Position numbers and translations under genes: made by a program. The notes beneath the pieces were generated by a model, which saw only the letters and a list, made by a program, of their open reading frames with translations, had not been told where the DNA came from and did no database searches. A stretch of 64,000 nucleotides of DNA from an uncultured Actinomycetes bacterium (GTDB taxonomy: Bacteria > Actinomycetota > UBA4738 > HRBIN12), in the NCBI GenBank assembly GCA_963704885.1, contig CAVPIB010000004.1, positions 992,001-1,056,000 of the forward strand, given 5' to 3'. Positions 10,318 through 20,504 of this stretch are shown here, piece by piece; position 1 is the first letter of the stretch; every line of letters starts with the position of its first letter.

Positions 10318-11697
10318 ATGAGGCGGTTCTCGACCGGTGCGCTCGCTTTGTTGCTGATGGGGACCGTGGGGCCTGCGACGGCCTCCGCCGGGCCACCGGT
10401 CGACTCGATCGCGCCGTTCATCACGTCTGCTCGGCCGTATCTGATCTCGACCGACCCCGGCACCACGATCACCCCGATCCTGACGAGCGGCGAGGTGATC
10501 GACGGGACCGAGGGCCCCTTCCAGTTCACCGGGGTGCCCGACGGCATCGGCGCGTACGCGAGCGCCGCCGACCGGCTCGAGGTGTTCGTGAACCATGAGA
10601 CCGCCTACGAGTGGGGCGACGCGTCCGACGCACGCGTCTCGCACGTGACCCTCGATCCCGACATGCAAGTGGTGGACGCCACGTACCTGGTCGACGGCAC
10701 CGAGGGTTACCAGTACTTCTGCTCGAGCACCCTCGACTACGTGGGAGACACGCCCTGGTACTTCACCGGCGAGGAGTGGATCGGGGCCCCTAAGGGCGGC
10801 ATCTCGATCGCGGTGAACACCGTGACCGGCCGCATCGTCGAGACCCCGCAGTTCGGGCATCTCAACCATGAGAACGTGGTGCCGATCCAAGGTCTCGCGA
10901 AGTCGATGGTGTACCTCGCAGAGGATTCCTTCCGTCTGGAATCGCAGGCCTACGCCTACTACAGCGCGTCGCTCTGGAAGGCGATCCACGGAGAAGGCAC
11001 GTTCACCGTTTGGGTGCCCGATGACCAGGGTGACGGCAACCCGTCGGCGAACGACATCGCCAAGGGCGAGACGCTCGACGGCCGCTTCGTCTCCATCCCC
11101 AGCGCCGGGTCCTACTCGGGTCTCGAGCTGAACGAGGTCAGCGAGGACCTCGGTTCGTTCGACTTCGTGCGCATCGAGGACGCCGCTCACGACCCCGGCA
11201 ACCCGGGCGTGATCTACCTCTCGGACACCGGGGCCAACAAGGCGGAAACGAAGAACGGTCGCATCTACCGGCTCACGGTCGACCCTGTGCATCCGCGGCG
11301 AGCGAGCCTGGAGGTCGTGCTGGACGGCGATGCGGGCGACGAACTTGTCAACCCCGACAACCTGGGTATCAACGAGACGACGCTCGTGATCCAGGAGGAT
11401 CGCAACAGCGCCAAGTCGGGGTACGCGCGCGTGCGCGTCTACGACCTCGGCTCCGGGACGCTGACCGCCGTCGCTCGGCTCGACCCGTCGCAGCATTCGA
11501 TCGACGCCGCAGGGGGACCCGGTGTGTGGGAATCCAGCGGCGTGGTCGATGTGAGCGACTTCTTCGGAGACGGGTACTGGCTGCTCGACGTTCAGGCGCA
11601 CAAGACATCCGTGCTCCAGCAGGGTCCGACCCTCGAGTTGAACTCGGGGCGTGGACAGAGGGGGCAGCTCCTGTTGATACACATCGAGGGCACGTAG
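10318..11697 (+). CDS. Secreted PhoX/DUF839-like phosphatase
   Basis: Signal peptide, VPDG, FVNHE, FCS, HEN, RIED, NPDN, IQED, WESSG, DVQAH. Confidence 0.8.
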   Translation: MRRFSTGALALLLMGTVGPATASAGPPVDSIAPFITSARPYLISTDPGTTITPILTSGEVIDGTEGPFQFTGVPDGIGAYASAADRLEVFVNHETAYEWGDASDARVSHVTLDPDMQVVDATYLVDGTEGYQYFCSSTLDYVGDTPWYFTGEEWIGAPKGGISIAVNTVTGRIVETPQFGHLNHENVVPIQGLAKSMVYLAEDSFRLESQAYAYYSASLWKAIHGEGTFTVWVPDDQGDGNPSANDIAKGETLDGRFVSIPSAGSYSGLELNEVSEDLGSFDFVRIEDAAHDPGNPGVIYLSDTGANKAETKNGRIYRLTVDPVHPRRASLEVVLDGDAGDELVNPDNLGINETTLVIQEDRNSAKSGYARVRVYDLGSGTLTAVARLDPSQHSIDAAGGPGVWESSGVVDVSDFFGDGYWLLDVQAHKTSVLQQGPTLELNSGRGQRGQLLLIHIEGT

Positions 11698-11706
11698 GTC
11701 CTCGAT

Positions 11707-14079
11707 GTGAGTGAGCTTCAGGAGAGACCCTCCGGCGACCTCGATCCACTAGAGGAGCCACCACCCCGGTTCTCTGCCGCCCTGGCGGAACGGATCGCGT
11801 CGGAGCGCTTCGGCATCCAGGGCGCCGCAGAGCCGCTGGACAGCGAGCGCGACCAGAACGTCCGGATCACGACGGCGGACGGAGAAGGCTACGTCCTCAA
11901 GATCAGCAACCCGGCGGAGGATGCCGGGTTCGTGGACATGCAGACGCAGGCGATGCTCCATATCGCGCGCACCGACCCCGCCCTGCCGGTGATGCGGCTG
12001 ATCCCCTCAGCCGACGATACGCATCACGTCGACGCGGAGGGGACCGATGGACGAAAGCACATCATCCGTCTGGTGACGCTGATGCCCGGCCGCAAGCTGG
12101 AGCCTCGCGATCTGGATCTGGAGGCCATCCACCACTTCGGCCAGATCTCGGCGCGCCTGGGCCGCGCCATGCGCGGCTTCTTCCACCCGGCGGCCGGGCA
12201 CCCGCTGCTTTGGAACATCAAGCACGCCTTGGATCTTCGGCCCCTGGTGGAGAACGTCTCAGAGCCCGCACGAAGGGCGATCGTGAGCGACGTGCTCGAC
12301 CGGTTCGAGGAGCACGTGCAACCTGCGTTCGATGGCCTTCGCGGACAGGTGATCCACAACGACCTGACGTCGGACAACGTGTTGTTCGACGATGACCTGC
12401 GCATCAGCGGCGTCCTGGACTTCGGAGACATGGCGTACTCGGCACTGGTCTGCGATCTGGTCTCAACCGTCGAGGCGTTGATGGGCGAGCGCGACGATCC
12501 CTACGACGCGCTGCGCGCGGCGGTCGCGGGCTTCACCTCGGTGACGCCCTTGGAACCCGACGAGATAGAGCTGTTGCCGGACCTGCTGTTGGCGCGATGG
12601 ACCACGACGGCCGTCATCTCCGCATGGCGCGTCCGCCGCCACCCCGAGAACTCGGATTACATCACCGGATGGGACACGGGGGTGTGGGGCATGCTCGAGG
12701 CGTTCCACGACATCGGAGCCGCCGAGTTCCAACGGCGCGTGAACCAAGCGGTCGTCGACGCGGCGAGATCGTTCTTGCCGGGGACGGGGTCGGTTGAGGA
12801 GCTGATCGAACGACGGCGCCGGGTGCTGGGCTCCGCGATCTCGCCCCTGTCCTACGACCGCCCGCTCCACCTGATCGAAGGGCGCGGCGCATGGGTGACC
12901 GACGCGGAGGGGCGCACCTACCTGGACGCCTACAACAACGTGCCCGTCGTGGGCCACTGCCACCCGCACGTGGTCCAGGCGATCGCCCGGCAGGCCGCGA
13001 CCCTGAACACGAACACGCGCTACCTGCATCGTTCCGCGCTCGATCTGGCCGAACGGCTGATCGCGACCATGCCAGAGGGTCTGGACACGGTCATGTTCGT
13101 GAACTCCGGAAGCGAGGCGAACGACCTGGCGTGGCGCCTTGCGACCACGGTGACCGGCGCCACAGGAGGTCTGGTGACGGGGTTCGCGTACCACGGCGTC
13201 ACATCGGTCATCGCCGATCTTTCGCCCGAGGAGTGGCGGGCCGGCTCAGCCCCGGAGCACGTGGCGACCCTGCCCCCTCCCAACGGATACCGCGGCCTGT
13301 TCCGAGACGACGAGCCCGGGTGGATAGAGAGCTACGCGGCTTGCGTGGACGACGCGATCGCCTCGTTGGACGAGCGCGGGATCCGTCCCGCCGCCATGCT
13401 GATCGACTCCGGCTTCACGAGCGACGGGATCTTCACGCCGCCGCCCGAGTATCTGCTGGACGTCGTACGAAGGTGGCGCGAGGCCGGCGGGTTGTTCGTG
13501 GCCGACGAGGTCCAGGTGGGCTACGGACGGACCGGCTCGAACCTGTGGGGGTTCGAGCGACACGGGGTGACGCCCGACGTGGTCACGCTCGGCAAGCCCA
13601 TGGGCAACGGCCACCCCGTGGCCGCTGTGGTGACACGCTCGGACATCGTGGATCGGTTCGCTGAGGAGACGGAGTGGTTCAGCACGTTCGGCGGCAATCC
13701 CGTGGCGTGCGAAGCGGGCCTGGCCGTATTGGACGTGATCGAGCAGGAGCAGCTGATCGTGAACGCCTCCGAGATGGGCGGGCATCTGATCGCCGGTCTC
13801 CGAGAGCTGGCGGCACGCCACCTGGTGATCGGCGACGTGCGAGCGCTCGGCCTGCTGATCGGAGTGGAGCTGGTCCGCGACCGCGGGTCGCGTGAGCCCG
13901 CTGCCCAGTGGACCGAGCGTGTCCAGAACGACATGCGCGAACGGGGGGTCCTGGTGGGAACGACCGGTCGAGACGGGAACGTGCTCAAGATCCGCCCACC
14001 GCTGGTGATCTCCGAACGCGAGGCAGACCTGATAGTTGGAACGCTGGACGCGGCGCTGTCCGAGCTCAGCCGCTCTTGA
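11707..14079 (+). CDS. Phosphotransferase (hydroxylysine kinase-like) + class III PLP enzyme (phospho-lyase-like) fusion
   Basis: N-terminal SERDQN, VLKI, VIHND..DN, LDFGD. C-terminal YLDAYNNVP, NSGSEAND, DEVQVGYGRTG, TLGKPMGNG. Confidence 0.9.
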   Translation: MSELQERPSGDLDPLEEPPPRFSAALAERIASERFGIQGAAEPLDSERDQNVRITTADGEGYVLKISNPAEDAGFVDMQTQAMLHIARTDPALPVMRLIPSADDTHHVDAEGTDGRKHIIRLVTLMPGRKLEPRDLDLEAIHHFGQISARLGRAMRGFFHPAAGHPLLWNIKHALDLRPLVENVSEPARRAIVSDVLDRFEEHVQPAFDGLRGQVIHNDLTSDNVLFDDDLRISGVLDFGDMAYSALVCDLVSTVEALMGERDDPYDALRAAVAGFTSVTPLEPDEIELLPDLLLARWTTTAVISAWRVRRHPENSDYITGWDTGVWGMLEAFHDIGAAEFQRRVNQAVVDAARSFLPGTGSVEELIERRRRVLGSAISPLSYDRPLHLIEGRGAWVTDAEGRTYLDAYNNVPVVGHCHPHVVQAIARQAATLNTNTRYLHRSALDLAERLIATMPEGLDTVMFVNSGSEANDLAWRLATTVTGATGGLVTGFAYHGVTSVIADLSPEEWRAGSAPEHVATLPPPNGYRGLFRDDEPGWIESYAACVDDAIASLDERGIRPAAMLIDSGFTSDGIFTPPPEYLLDVVRRWREAGGLFVADEVQVGYGRTGSNLWGFERHGVTPDVVTLGKPMGNGHPVAAVVTRSDIVDRFAEETEWFSTFGGNPVACEAGLAVLDVIEQEQLIVNASEMGGHLIAGLRELAARHLVIGDVRALGLLIGVELVRDRGSREPAAQWTERVQNDMRERGVLVGTTGRDGNVLKIRPPLVISEREADLIVGTLDAALSELSRS

Positions 14080-15304
14080 TGACCCGCCCGCCCTTCAACA
14101 CGAATCGAACGTCCTCAAGCACCGACACGTCCTCCAGAGGATCGCCCTCGACCGCTATCAGGTCGGCCATCTGGCCGGGTGTGATCGACCCCACGCGGTC
14201 CTGCCATCCCATCAGCTCAGCGGCCACCAGCGTGGCGCTGCGGATCGCCTCGGCCGGTGTCTGACCAAGCCGGACCATATAGGCGAACTGCCGCGCGACG
14301 AACCGGTGCGGATAGACGCCGCTGTCGGTCCCGTATGCGATCTTCACGCCGGCCTTGACGGCCTTGGTGAATCCCTGGCGTTGTGCCTCCGTCGTCTCCT
14401 CGTTCTTGCGCATCACGTCGGCGGACCAACCGCCGCGCGCGCCCTCTTCGGCGATCCAGTCGCCGTCGTAGACGTCGGCCACCAGGTACGTGCCGTGGCT
14501 CGCCATCAGTTCGATCGACTCGTCGTCCATCAGCGAGCCGTGCTCGATCGAGCGGACGCCCGCCCGCACGGCGCGTTTGATGCCCTCGGCCCCATGCGCG
14601 TGCGCGGCGACGTGCGTGCCGATCAACCCGGCTTCCTGAACCGCCGCGCGGATCTCGTCCTCGCTGAACTCGGGCGCGCCGGGCGTGGTGCCCTCGGTCA
14701 GCACGGCGCCGGTCGCGATGACCTTGATGAAGTCCGCGCCACCGGCCAGGATGCGCCGGACCGCCCGGCGGACCTCGTCGATCGAGTTCGACACGCCGAA
14801 CCGCAGATCGATGGGCACGGTGGCGTCCACGTCGGGCGCCAAGCCGGTGACGTCTCCGCCACCCCCCGAGACCGTCACGTAGGCGCCGGCGCAAAGCATG
14901 CGCGGGCCTGGGGTGTCGCCCGCATCTATCGCGTCGCGCAGCGCGCAGTCCACGAAAGCTCTGAACGTGCCCACGTCGCGCACCGACGTGAAGCCGGCCT
15001 CGAGGGTCTCACGCGCGTTGCGCACCCCCGACATGGCCTCCTGCGCCGCGGTCCGCATCACGAGCCCCGCGTAGCCGAAGCCGGTCTCCATCTCTCCGAT
15101 CATGTGGGCGTGACAGTCGATCAGGCCTGGGAGGACGGTCAGGTCGCCGAGGTGGAGGATGCGGCTGGAGGTCTCTGCCGGCGCCTCTGACACCACGTCG
15201 ACTATGCGTTCGCCCTCGGTCACGATCACGCGGCCGGCAAGGAGTTCTCCGCGCTCGACGTCGAGCATATGTCCAGCGTGGATGAGGGTTCGTTCAGCGG
15301 TCAT
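14066..15304 (-). CDS. Metal-dependent amidohydrolase (Xaa-Pro dipeptidase-like)
   Basis: PGLIDCHAH, GFTSVRDVG, AHAHG, SIEHG, GTDSG, ADLIAV. Confidence 0.92.
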   Translation of the reverse strand: MTAERTLIHAGHMLDVERGELLAGRVIVTEGERIVDVVSEAPAETSSRILHLGDLTVLPGLIDCHAHMIGEMETGFGYAGLVMRTAAQEAMSGVRNARETLEAGFTSVRDVGTFRAFVDCALRDAIDAGDTPGPRMLCAGAYVTVSGGGGDVTGLAPDVDATVPIDLRFGVSNSIDEVRRAVRRILAGGADFIKVIATGAVLTEGTTPGAPEFSEDEIRAAVQEAGLIGTHVAAHAHGAEGIKRAVRAGVRSIEHGSLMDDESIELMASHGTYLVADVYDGDWIAEEGARGGWSADVMRKNEETTEAQRQGFTKAVKAGVKIAYGTDSGVYPHRFVARQFAYMVRLGQTPAEAIRSATLVAAELMGWQDRVGSITPGQMADLIAVEGDPLEDVSVLEDVRFVLKGGRVIKSG

Positions 15305-16098
15305 GGCGCGTCCGGCGGAGCATGTGGCCCGTGACGGACGGTCAGCGAGCCAAGCTCGGCGTCGATGAGCTCATACATCCGATCCCGATCGAACGACGGA
15401 TCGTGCCCGCCGAACACGCGCCGAACGGGAAGCTCGCGGAGCCTCCTCAGCGAGGACGACGCGGCGGCCGCATCGTCGAACCTCATGGGGCCGTCGTAGA
15501 GCGTGTCCCCGGTGAACAGCAGGCCCCGCCCACCGTCCCAGAGCGCCACGCTCCCGGGCGTGTGCCCAGGTACGTGGAGCACCTCCATCGTCTTGTCGCC
15601 CAGGTCCAGGATCTGTCCGTCCTCGACGAACGACGACGGCTCGGCGCCGGAGCTCACCCATGCATCCAGGTCGAAGTCGGCCGAGGGCACCGCGGCGAGG
15701 ATCGACTCCGGCACCGGCATCCCGTAGGAGGCGAACATCGCCTCGGCGCCCTCGGGGAAGTCGGCTCGCAGGACCTTCATCGGATAGGGCGAGCGGGTGT
15801 CCCCAGCGTCTGCCGCGTGGCAACGCCTGTCGTCGAACGCCGCCAGCCCCCCGACGTGATCGAAGTGGCAATGAGTCACGACCGTGATGACGGCTCGATC
15901 TCCGGAGAGCGACGCGATCTCGACGGACAGCTCGCCGAATCCATTCGCCGTATCGATGACCAGGTCCCTCTCGCTACCGCGCACGTGCCACACGTTGGAA
16001 GCGAGCAGAGGATCGGCGTGCGGCTCCGTGATCAGCGTGATGCCATCACCCATGTCTTCCTGATCGAACCACCTGTCCGCTACCGGGAGACTCGTCAC
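15301..16098 (-). CDS. MBL-fold metallo-hydrolase
   Basis: THCHFDHVGG, PGHTPGS, FTGD, GGH. 4-nt overlap with the next gene. Confidence 0.92.
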   Translation of the reverse strand: MTSLPVADRWFDQEDMGDGITLITEPHADPLLASNVWHVRGSERDLVIDTANGFGELSVEIASLSGDRAVITVVTHCHFDHVGGLAAFDDRRCHAADAGDTRSPYPMKVLRADFPEGAEAMFASYGMPVPESILAAVPSADFDLDAWVSSGAEPSSFVEDGQILDLGDKTMEVLHVPGHTPGSVALWDGGRGLLFTGDTLYDGPMRFDDAAAASSSLRRLRELPVRRVFGGHDPSFDRDRMYELIDAELGSLTVRHGPHAPPDAP

Positions 16099-17354
16099 AC
16101 CAACCGCTCCGGGAAGAAGACCGCGGCCGCCGGCGGTCGCAGGCAGTGCTCCGACGTCATCGAGGCGTTATAGCTGCCCACGTTGATCGTCGCCACGATG
16201 TCTCCCTCCGCTACGTCGGGGAAGGGCATGTCCTCGGCGAAGATATCGTTCCCTTCGTTGATGTGTCCGCTGATCGTCACCGGGCTACCGGGGGGCGCGT
16301 CGGCCGCCCGGCATAGCACCACCTCCATCAGCGAACGGTAGATGAAGCGCTCGCCCAAGACGTTCCAGCCCACGTCCAAGCCCACGAACCGGACCCCGTC
16401 GCGGTCCTCCACCGTGACGACCTCGGCCAGGTTGACGGCGCACTCCTTGACCAGGAAGTCGCCCGGCTCGGTGCCGACCGCGACCCCGAGCGGACCCAGA
16501 TGCTCAGCCAAGATCGAGGCCCAGCGCGTGAGGTCGAGCGGGGCGTCACCCGTCCGCTGCGGTACGCCCAGGCCGCCGCCCGTGTTGACCTCAGCTATCG
16601 GGCACCCCTCGTCGAGCAAGGAACGGACCATGACCGCAACTCGAGTCACGACCTCCTCGAACACGGGCAACCCATCGTTCAGATAGCCGTCGCCGACGTG
16701 GAAGTGAACGGTGTCGATGGTCAGGTCATGTCCGCGCGCAACACGGAGGGCGTCCTCCAGGCGCTCGGGGAAGATCCCGAACTTGGTCGGGCGCGGACCT
16801 GAATAGAGCGTTCGATCGCCGCCCTCGAACCCTGCGCCGGCACGCGGATTGACACGAAGACCGATCGTTCGGCCCGGCGCCCGCCGCCCCACTCGCTCGA
16901 TCTGCGTGATCAGATCGACGTTCAGGTGCACGTCGGGGTGGGCCAGGATCACGTCCAGGTCTCGCTCGGACAGGTTGGTGCCGGTGTAGCTGATCTCATC
17001 CTGGCGCCAGCCGTACCGCAGTGCGTGCAGCAGCTCGCCGGGAGAGCACACGTCGATCCCAACGCTCTCGGGCTCGCCCGGAGCCCCCAGTCCCCGCATG
17101 AACCGAAGCACCTCGGGTTCGTGTTGGGCTTTCACGGCCAGCCTCACCCGTCCGTCCAGGTCGGCTCCCACGAATACCGTCTGCAGTGCGCGCGCCTGCT
17201 CCCCGATCCGGGTCAGGTCGTGGACGTAGACAGGGGTGCCGTGTTCACGCGCGATCGACTCGGCGTCTCGGCCGGCGATCGTCAGCCTACCGTCCCGGAC
17301 CTCAAGTCCGGGACGGGCCCACCACGCGCGCTGTTGGGTCTGGGCCTCCGGCAT
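16095..17354 (-). CDS. Group IV PLP decarboxylase (diaminopimelate decarboxylase-like, variant)
   Basis: AVKA (PLP Lys), LRVNP, KFG, HFHVG, GGG, EPG, GSY. INEGND replaces CESGD. Confidence 0.85.
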   Translation of the reverse strand: MPEAQTQQRAWWARPGLEVRDGRLTIAGRDAESIAREHGTPVYVHDLTRIGEQARALQTVFVGADLDGRVRLAVKAQHEPEVLRFMRGLGAPGEPESVGIDVCSPGELLHALRYGWRQDEISYTGTNLSERDLDVILAHPDVHLNVDLITQIERVGRRAPGRTIGLRVNPRAGAGFEGGDRTLYSGPRPTKFGIFPERLEDALRVARGHDLTIDTVHFHVGDGYLNDGLPVFEEVVTRVAVMVRSLLDEGCPIAEVNTGGGLGVPQRTGDAPLDLTRWASILAEHLGPLGVAVGTEPGDFLVKECAVNLAEVVTVEDRDGVRFVGLDVGWNVLGERFIYRSLMEVVLCRAADAPPGSPVTISGHINEGNDIFAEDMPFPDVAEGDIVATINVGSYNASMTSEHCLRPPAAAVFFPERLV

Positions 17355-17382
17355 GGAGGCCCAGACTACAGAACGCTCTGGG

Positions 17383-17871
17383 TCAAACCTCGACGGCGTC
17401 GGAGACCGCGGGCGCGTCGGCGGCCTCGCTGCCGGCGGCCAGGAAGTCACGCGATGATAGGAATGCACCTACCGTGGCCAGCACGCCGCCAAGGAACGAG
17501 ATCACCAATCCGGCCGCCGCCTGGACCGTGAACCGTGCCGCGGGGAGCCCGACCGCTTCGTCGATCCGCGTGAAGCCGAAGAGCGGCATCATCAGCAGGA
17601 ACGCCGCGCAGACGCTCATGAGCACGCCGAAGAGCCGGCGCATCACAGGGTCGTCGAGGAGGATGTAAGCACCGCCGAACGCGAAAGCGCCGAACGACGC
17701 CGCCAGCGCTATCGAGCCGGTCCAGTCGACCGTCCCCGAGAACGTGACCGTGAGCGTCTCGCCGTTCACGGGAACCGAGTACGCGAACCAGTGCGTAAGG
17801 ATACCGATGAACCCGACCAGGCCGCCGACGGCCACGCCGACGCCCGGATACGTGATCTTGCCAGCCTTCAT
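17383..17871 (-). CDS. Hypothetical 4-TM membrane protein
   Basis: AGGAGGG SD before MKAGK. Four hydrophobic segments. Confidence 0.7.
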   Translation of the reverse strand: MKAGKITYPGVGVAVGGLVGFIGILTHWFAYSVPVNGETLTVTFSGTVDWTGSIALAASFGAFAFGGAYILLDDPVMRRLFGVLMSVCAAFLLMMPLFGFTRIDEAVGLPAARFTVQAAAGLVISFLGGVLATVGAFLSSRDFLAAGSEAADAPAVSDAVEV

Positions 17872-17936
17872 GGTCCCTCCTGGGAGCCGAGGATTACCCA
17901 GTAGTTCTCGGCACGGGAGGGGGTAGCTCTTGACCC

Positions 17937-19118
17937 TCAGTGGTAGATGATGACCGGCGTTCCGATCGGGTCGCGCGCGAATACCCACAGCGTTACCCAG
18001 TACGGGAGCCGCACGCATCCGTGACTGGCCGCGTACGTAGGCACGTCCGTCCAGCCGTGGATCGCGCGTTCGCCGTCGAAGAAACTCGGGTAGTACAACC
18101 TCTTAGGACTGAAGCCCGCCAGCTTCGAGTAGACGTTGAACGTACCGTCGCGGGTGGGGGTCGAGGGCTTGCCGGTCGAGACGTGGATCATGGCGTCGAC
18201 CTTGCCGTCGCGAACGAGCGCCAGCACCTGGCGGGTCTGATCTACCTCGATGTGGAAACCGTCGGAGCGGACGCGCGGCACGAAGAGCTTCGGCGTGCCG
18301 AGGGCCCGCCACACCGCTGTGTTCACGTCCTGGGTCCGGGGAAGACGCTGCACCTTGCGGAACGCCATCACCGCGTCGGCCGTCCGGTAGTCGAAGACGT
18401 GGTCCACTCCGGCCAGGTGGTAGTGCAGCTGGACCAGGCGACGCTCCAACAACCTCACGAAGACCCCGCGCGCGCCCGACGACAGATCGGGCAGCGGCGT
18501 TACGGAAGGCGCGGTCGCGGCCCGGCCGGGTAACAGATCGGGGGGGTCCAGCACGGCCCGAGCCCGGTAGCTCCCGGCTCGGGGCACCCGGAACGTTGCC
18601 GAGAAACGACCATGCGCGTCCATGACCGGCCGCTTGGTTGCGACCACCGCGCCACCGTGTCGCAGCTCGATCGTCACGCGCTCGCCCTGGCGGATCGGCC
18701 GGAACGTGCCGCGCACCCTGACGTCGTCGAAGAGGCGGATCGCCCCCGCTCGCAGCGTCATGATCGGCCGGACGCCCACCGCGACCGGCGCGCTGTCGAC
18801 GCCTAGAGCCGAGGCGTGCACCACCAGGTTGGCCTTCGGCTGAACCTCCGCAGAGAAAGAGCCGCTCTGACCGGTCATGCCAGACGCCAGCTCGTTGCCG
18901 GATGCATCCAGGATCGCGATGGACTCGCCGACCAACGCGGGAACGGTGGAGGCCGTGAGCGTCACGTCCTCACCGAACGCGACCTCATCCGCGGACGCGG
19001 AGATCGTGACGCTAGATGCTCCGCCGGCCACGGCGGGCGCGAGAAGCGCAGGTGCCCACACGAGCGCCAGCACGGCGAGCAGGGCGACGGAGATCAGGGC
19101 CTTGGCGCGGGAAGACAT
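17937..19118 (-). CDS. L,D-transpeptidase (YkuD) with Ig-like and peptidoglycan-binding domains
   Basis: Signal peptide, T.DAV.AF.K PG-binding motif, AIHG...ASHGCVRL. Confidence 0.9.
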   Translation of the reverse strand: MSSRAKALISVALLAVLALVWAPALLAPAVAGGASSVTISASADEVAFGEDVTLTASTVPALVGESIAILDASGNELASGMTGQSGSFSAEVQPKANLVVHASALGVDSAPVAVGVRPIMTLRAGAIRLFDDVRVRGTFRPIRQGERVTIELRHGGAVVATKRPVMDAHGRFSATFRVPRAGSYRARAVLDPPDLLPGRAATAPSVTPLPDLSSGARGVFVRLLERRLVQLHYHLAGVDHVFDYRTADAVMAFRKVQRLPRTQDVNTAVWRALGTPKLFVPRVRSDGFHIEVDQTRQVLALVRDGKVDAMIHVSTGKPSTPTRDGTFNVYSKLAGFSPKRLYYPSFFDGERAIHGWTDVPTYAASHGCVRLPYWVTLWVFARDPIGTPVIIYH

Positions 19119-19167
19119 CCAAGCCATGGTACGGAACACTCGGCCGAACGCGTGGAACAGATGGGAA

Positions 19168-20421
19168 CTAGAAGTACGTCGCGATCGCGTCCACGACCCG
19201 GTCCTCGTCGTCGAGCACCGGGATGACCCGCCACTTGTCGAACGCGGTGCAGGGGTGGCTCAGTCCGCACTCGACCAGGTCGCCCACCTCGAGCGTCAAC
19301 CCGGGATCGACCCGGCCGTACGCGTGTTGGTCGTTCAGCTCGTCGATCTCGATGAGCCCGCGCACGTCCCGGACCTCGCCGCCGGGCGAGCGCACGACCT
19401 GGGCGACGGGCATGTCCATGTCGAACGGCACGTCGCGCTTGCCGAAACCGAAGAGGGCCAAGGCGGGCTCTGGGCGAGAGAGCACCGACCCCCATAGCTC
19501 CATGGCCGGCTGGAACCCGCGTTCGCCGTCGCGGGCGGGTAGCGGCGAGACCCGCTCGTAGGTGCCAGAGTCGTGGGTGAGGTAGCAACCGGAACGCAGC
19601 ACCACGCGGACGTCGGCGTCGCCCGGCCACGGACCGCGCAGCCGATCGACCACGAGGTCGAAGAAAGCGCTGCCACCGGTGGTGAGGATGATCCGTTCGA
19701 CACCGTCGAAGCTGCCGGCGTCGATAACGGTACGCGTGAGCTCCTGAAGCGTATCCAGGTAGGCGAGCACCGGAGCCAGACACTCCGGGGAGCGGTCGTG
19801 ACAGATTGTCCCCTCGTAGCCGGCCACGCCCGCCAGGTGCAGCACGTCGGACGACGCCACACGCCCGGCGATGTGCACGGCCTCCGGGATGGTCCGGCAA
19901 CCGGTTCGACCACCCTCGAACCCCAGCTCGACCAGCACGGACAGCGGCCGCTCAGCGTGCCCGTCGCGGAGCTGTGCCTCCAAGATGTCGACGCCGCGAT
20001 CGGAGTCGACATAACACAGGAAGGAGAACGTCGGGTCGGCGAGTTGCGCGGCCACCCAGTCGATCGACACCGGGTCGACCAGTTCGTTCGCGAGCAGGAT
20101 CGTCGGCACCTCCGCCGCGCGCATCACGCGCGCCTGCGTGACGGTGGCCGCGGTCATCCCCCAGGCGCCGGCAGCGAGCTGCCGGCCCCAGAGCTGCGGC
20201 GCCATGGTGGTCTTGCCGTGCGGCGCGATGTCCACGCCCCAGGCCCGACAGAACTCGTGCATCAACGCCAGGTTGTGCGCGAGCGCACGCTCGCGGAGCA
20301 CCATGACGGGGGTCGGTAGATCGCGGAGCGTCCACCCGCGACCCGCGACGTCGGAGAGCGCCACCGGCTCGTCGACCGCCGGGAACCCCTTCGTGCCGAT
20401 GTCGATGCGAACGATCTCGAT
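19168..20421 (-). CDS. Fold-type III PLP amino acid deaminase/aldolase (D-serine deaminase-like)
   Basis: PHGKTTM, GRTG.R, GYEG, GGS, LRSGCY..HD, NDQH, SHPCT. The start is uncertain (ATC at 20421 or GTG at 20364). Confidence 0.88.
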   Translation of the reverse strand: MEIVRIDIGTKGFPAVDEPVALSDVAGRGWTLRDLPTPVMVLRERALAHNLALMHEFCRAWGVDIAPHGKTTMAPQLWGRQLAAGAWGMTAATVTQARVMRAAEVPTILLANELVDPVSIDWVAAQLADPTFSFLCYVDSDRGVDILEAQLRDGHAERPLSVLVELGFEGGRTGCRTIPEAVHIAGRVASSDVLHLAGVAGYEGTICHDRSPECLAPVLAYLDTLQELTRTVIDAGSFDGVERIILTTGGSAFFDLVVDRLRGPWPGDADVRVVLRSGCYLTHDSGTYERVSPLPARDGERGFQPAMELWGSVLSRPEPALALFGFGKRDVPFDMDMPVAQVVRSPGGEVRDVRGLIEIDELNDQHAYGRVDPGLTLEVGDLVECGLSHPCTAFDKWRVIPVLDDEDRVVDAIATYF

Positions 20422-20454
20422 ACGGCGAGGGTAGCAGCGCCCCTTGGCCTGACG

Positions 20455-20490
20455 CGATGAGCGCGCCCCCGAGAGGGAGCGCGCTCATCG
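20455..20490. terminator. Hairpin, probable intrinsic terminator
   Basis: CGATGAGCGCGC...GCGCGCTCATCG, a 12-bp perfect inverted repeat just downstream of the gene ending at 20505. Confidence 0.7.
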
Positions 20491-20504
20491 AGGATCGAAA
20501 GGCG

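Noticed and set aside
6956-11682. Long antisense/shadow ORFs (6956..8113, 9152..10225, 10234..11682; likewise 14036..15190, 22060..23481, 44777..46117, 58600..60396)
   Set aside because: They mirror well-supported genes on the other strand, are expected at high GC, and have no motifs.
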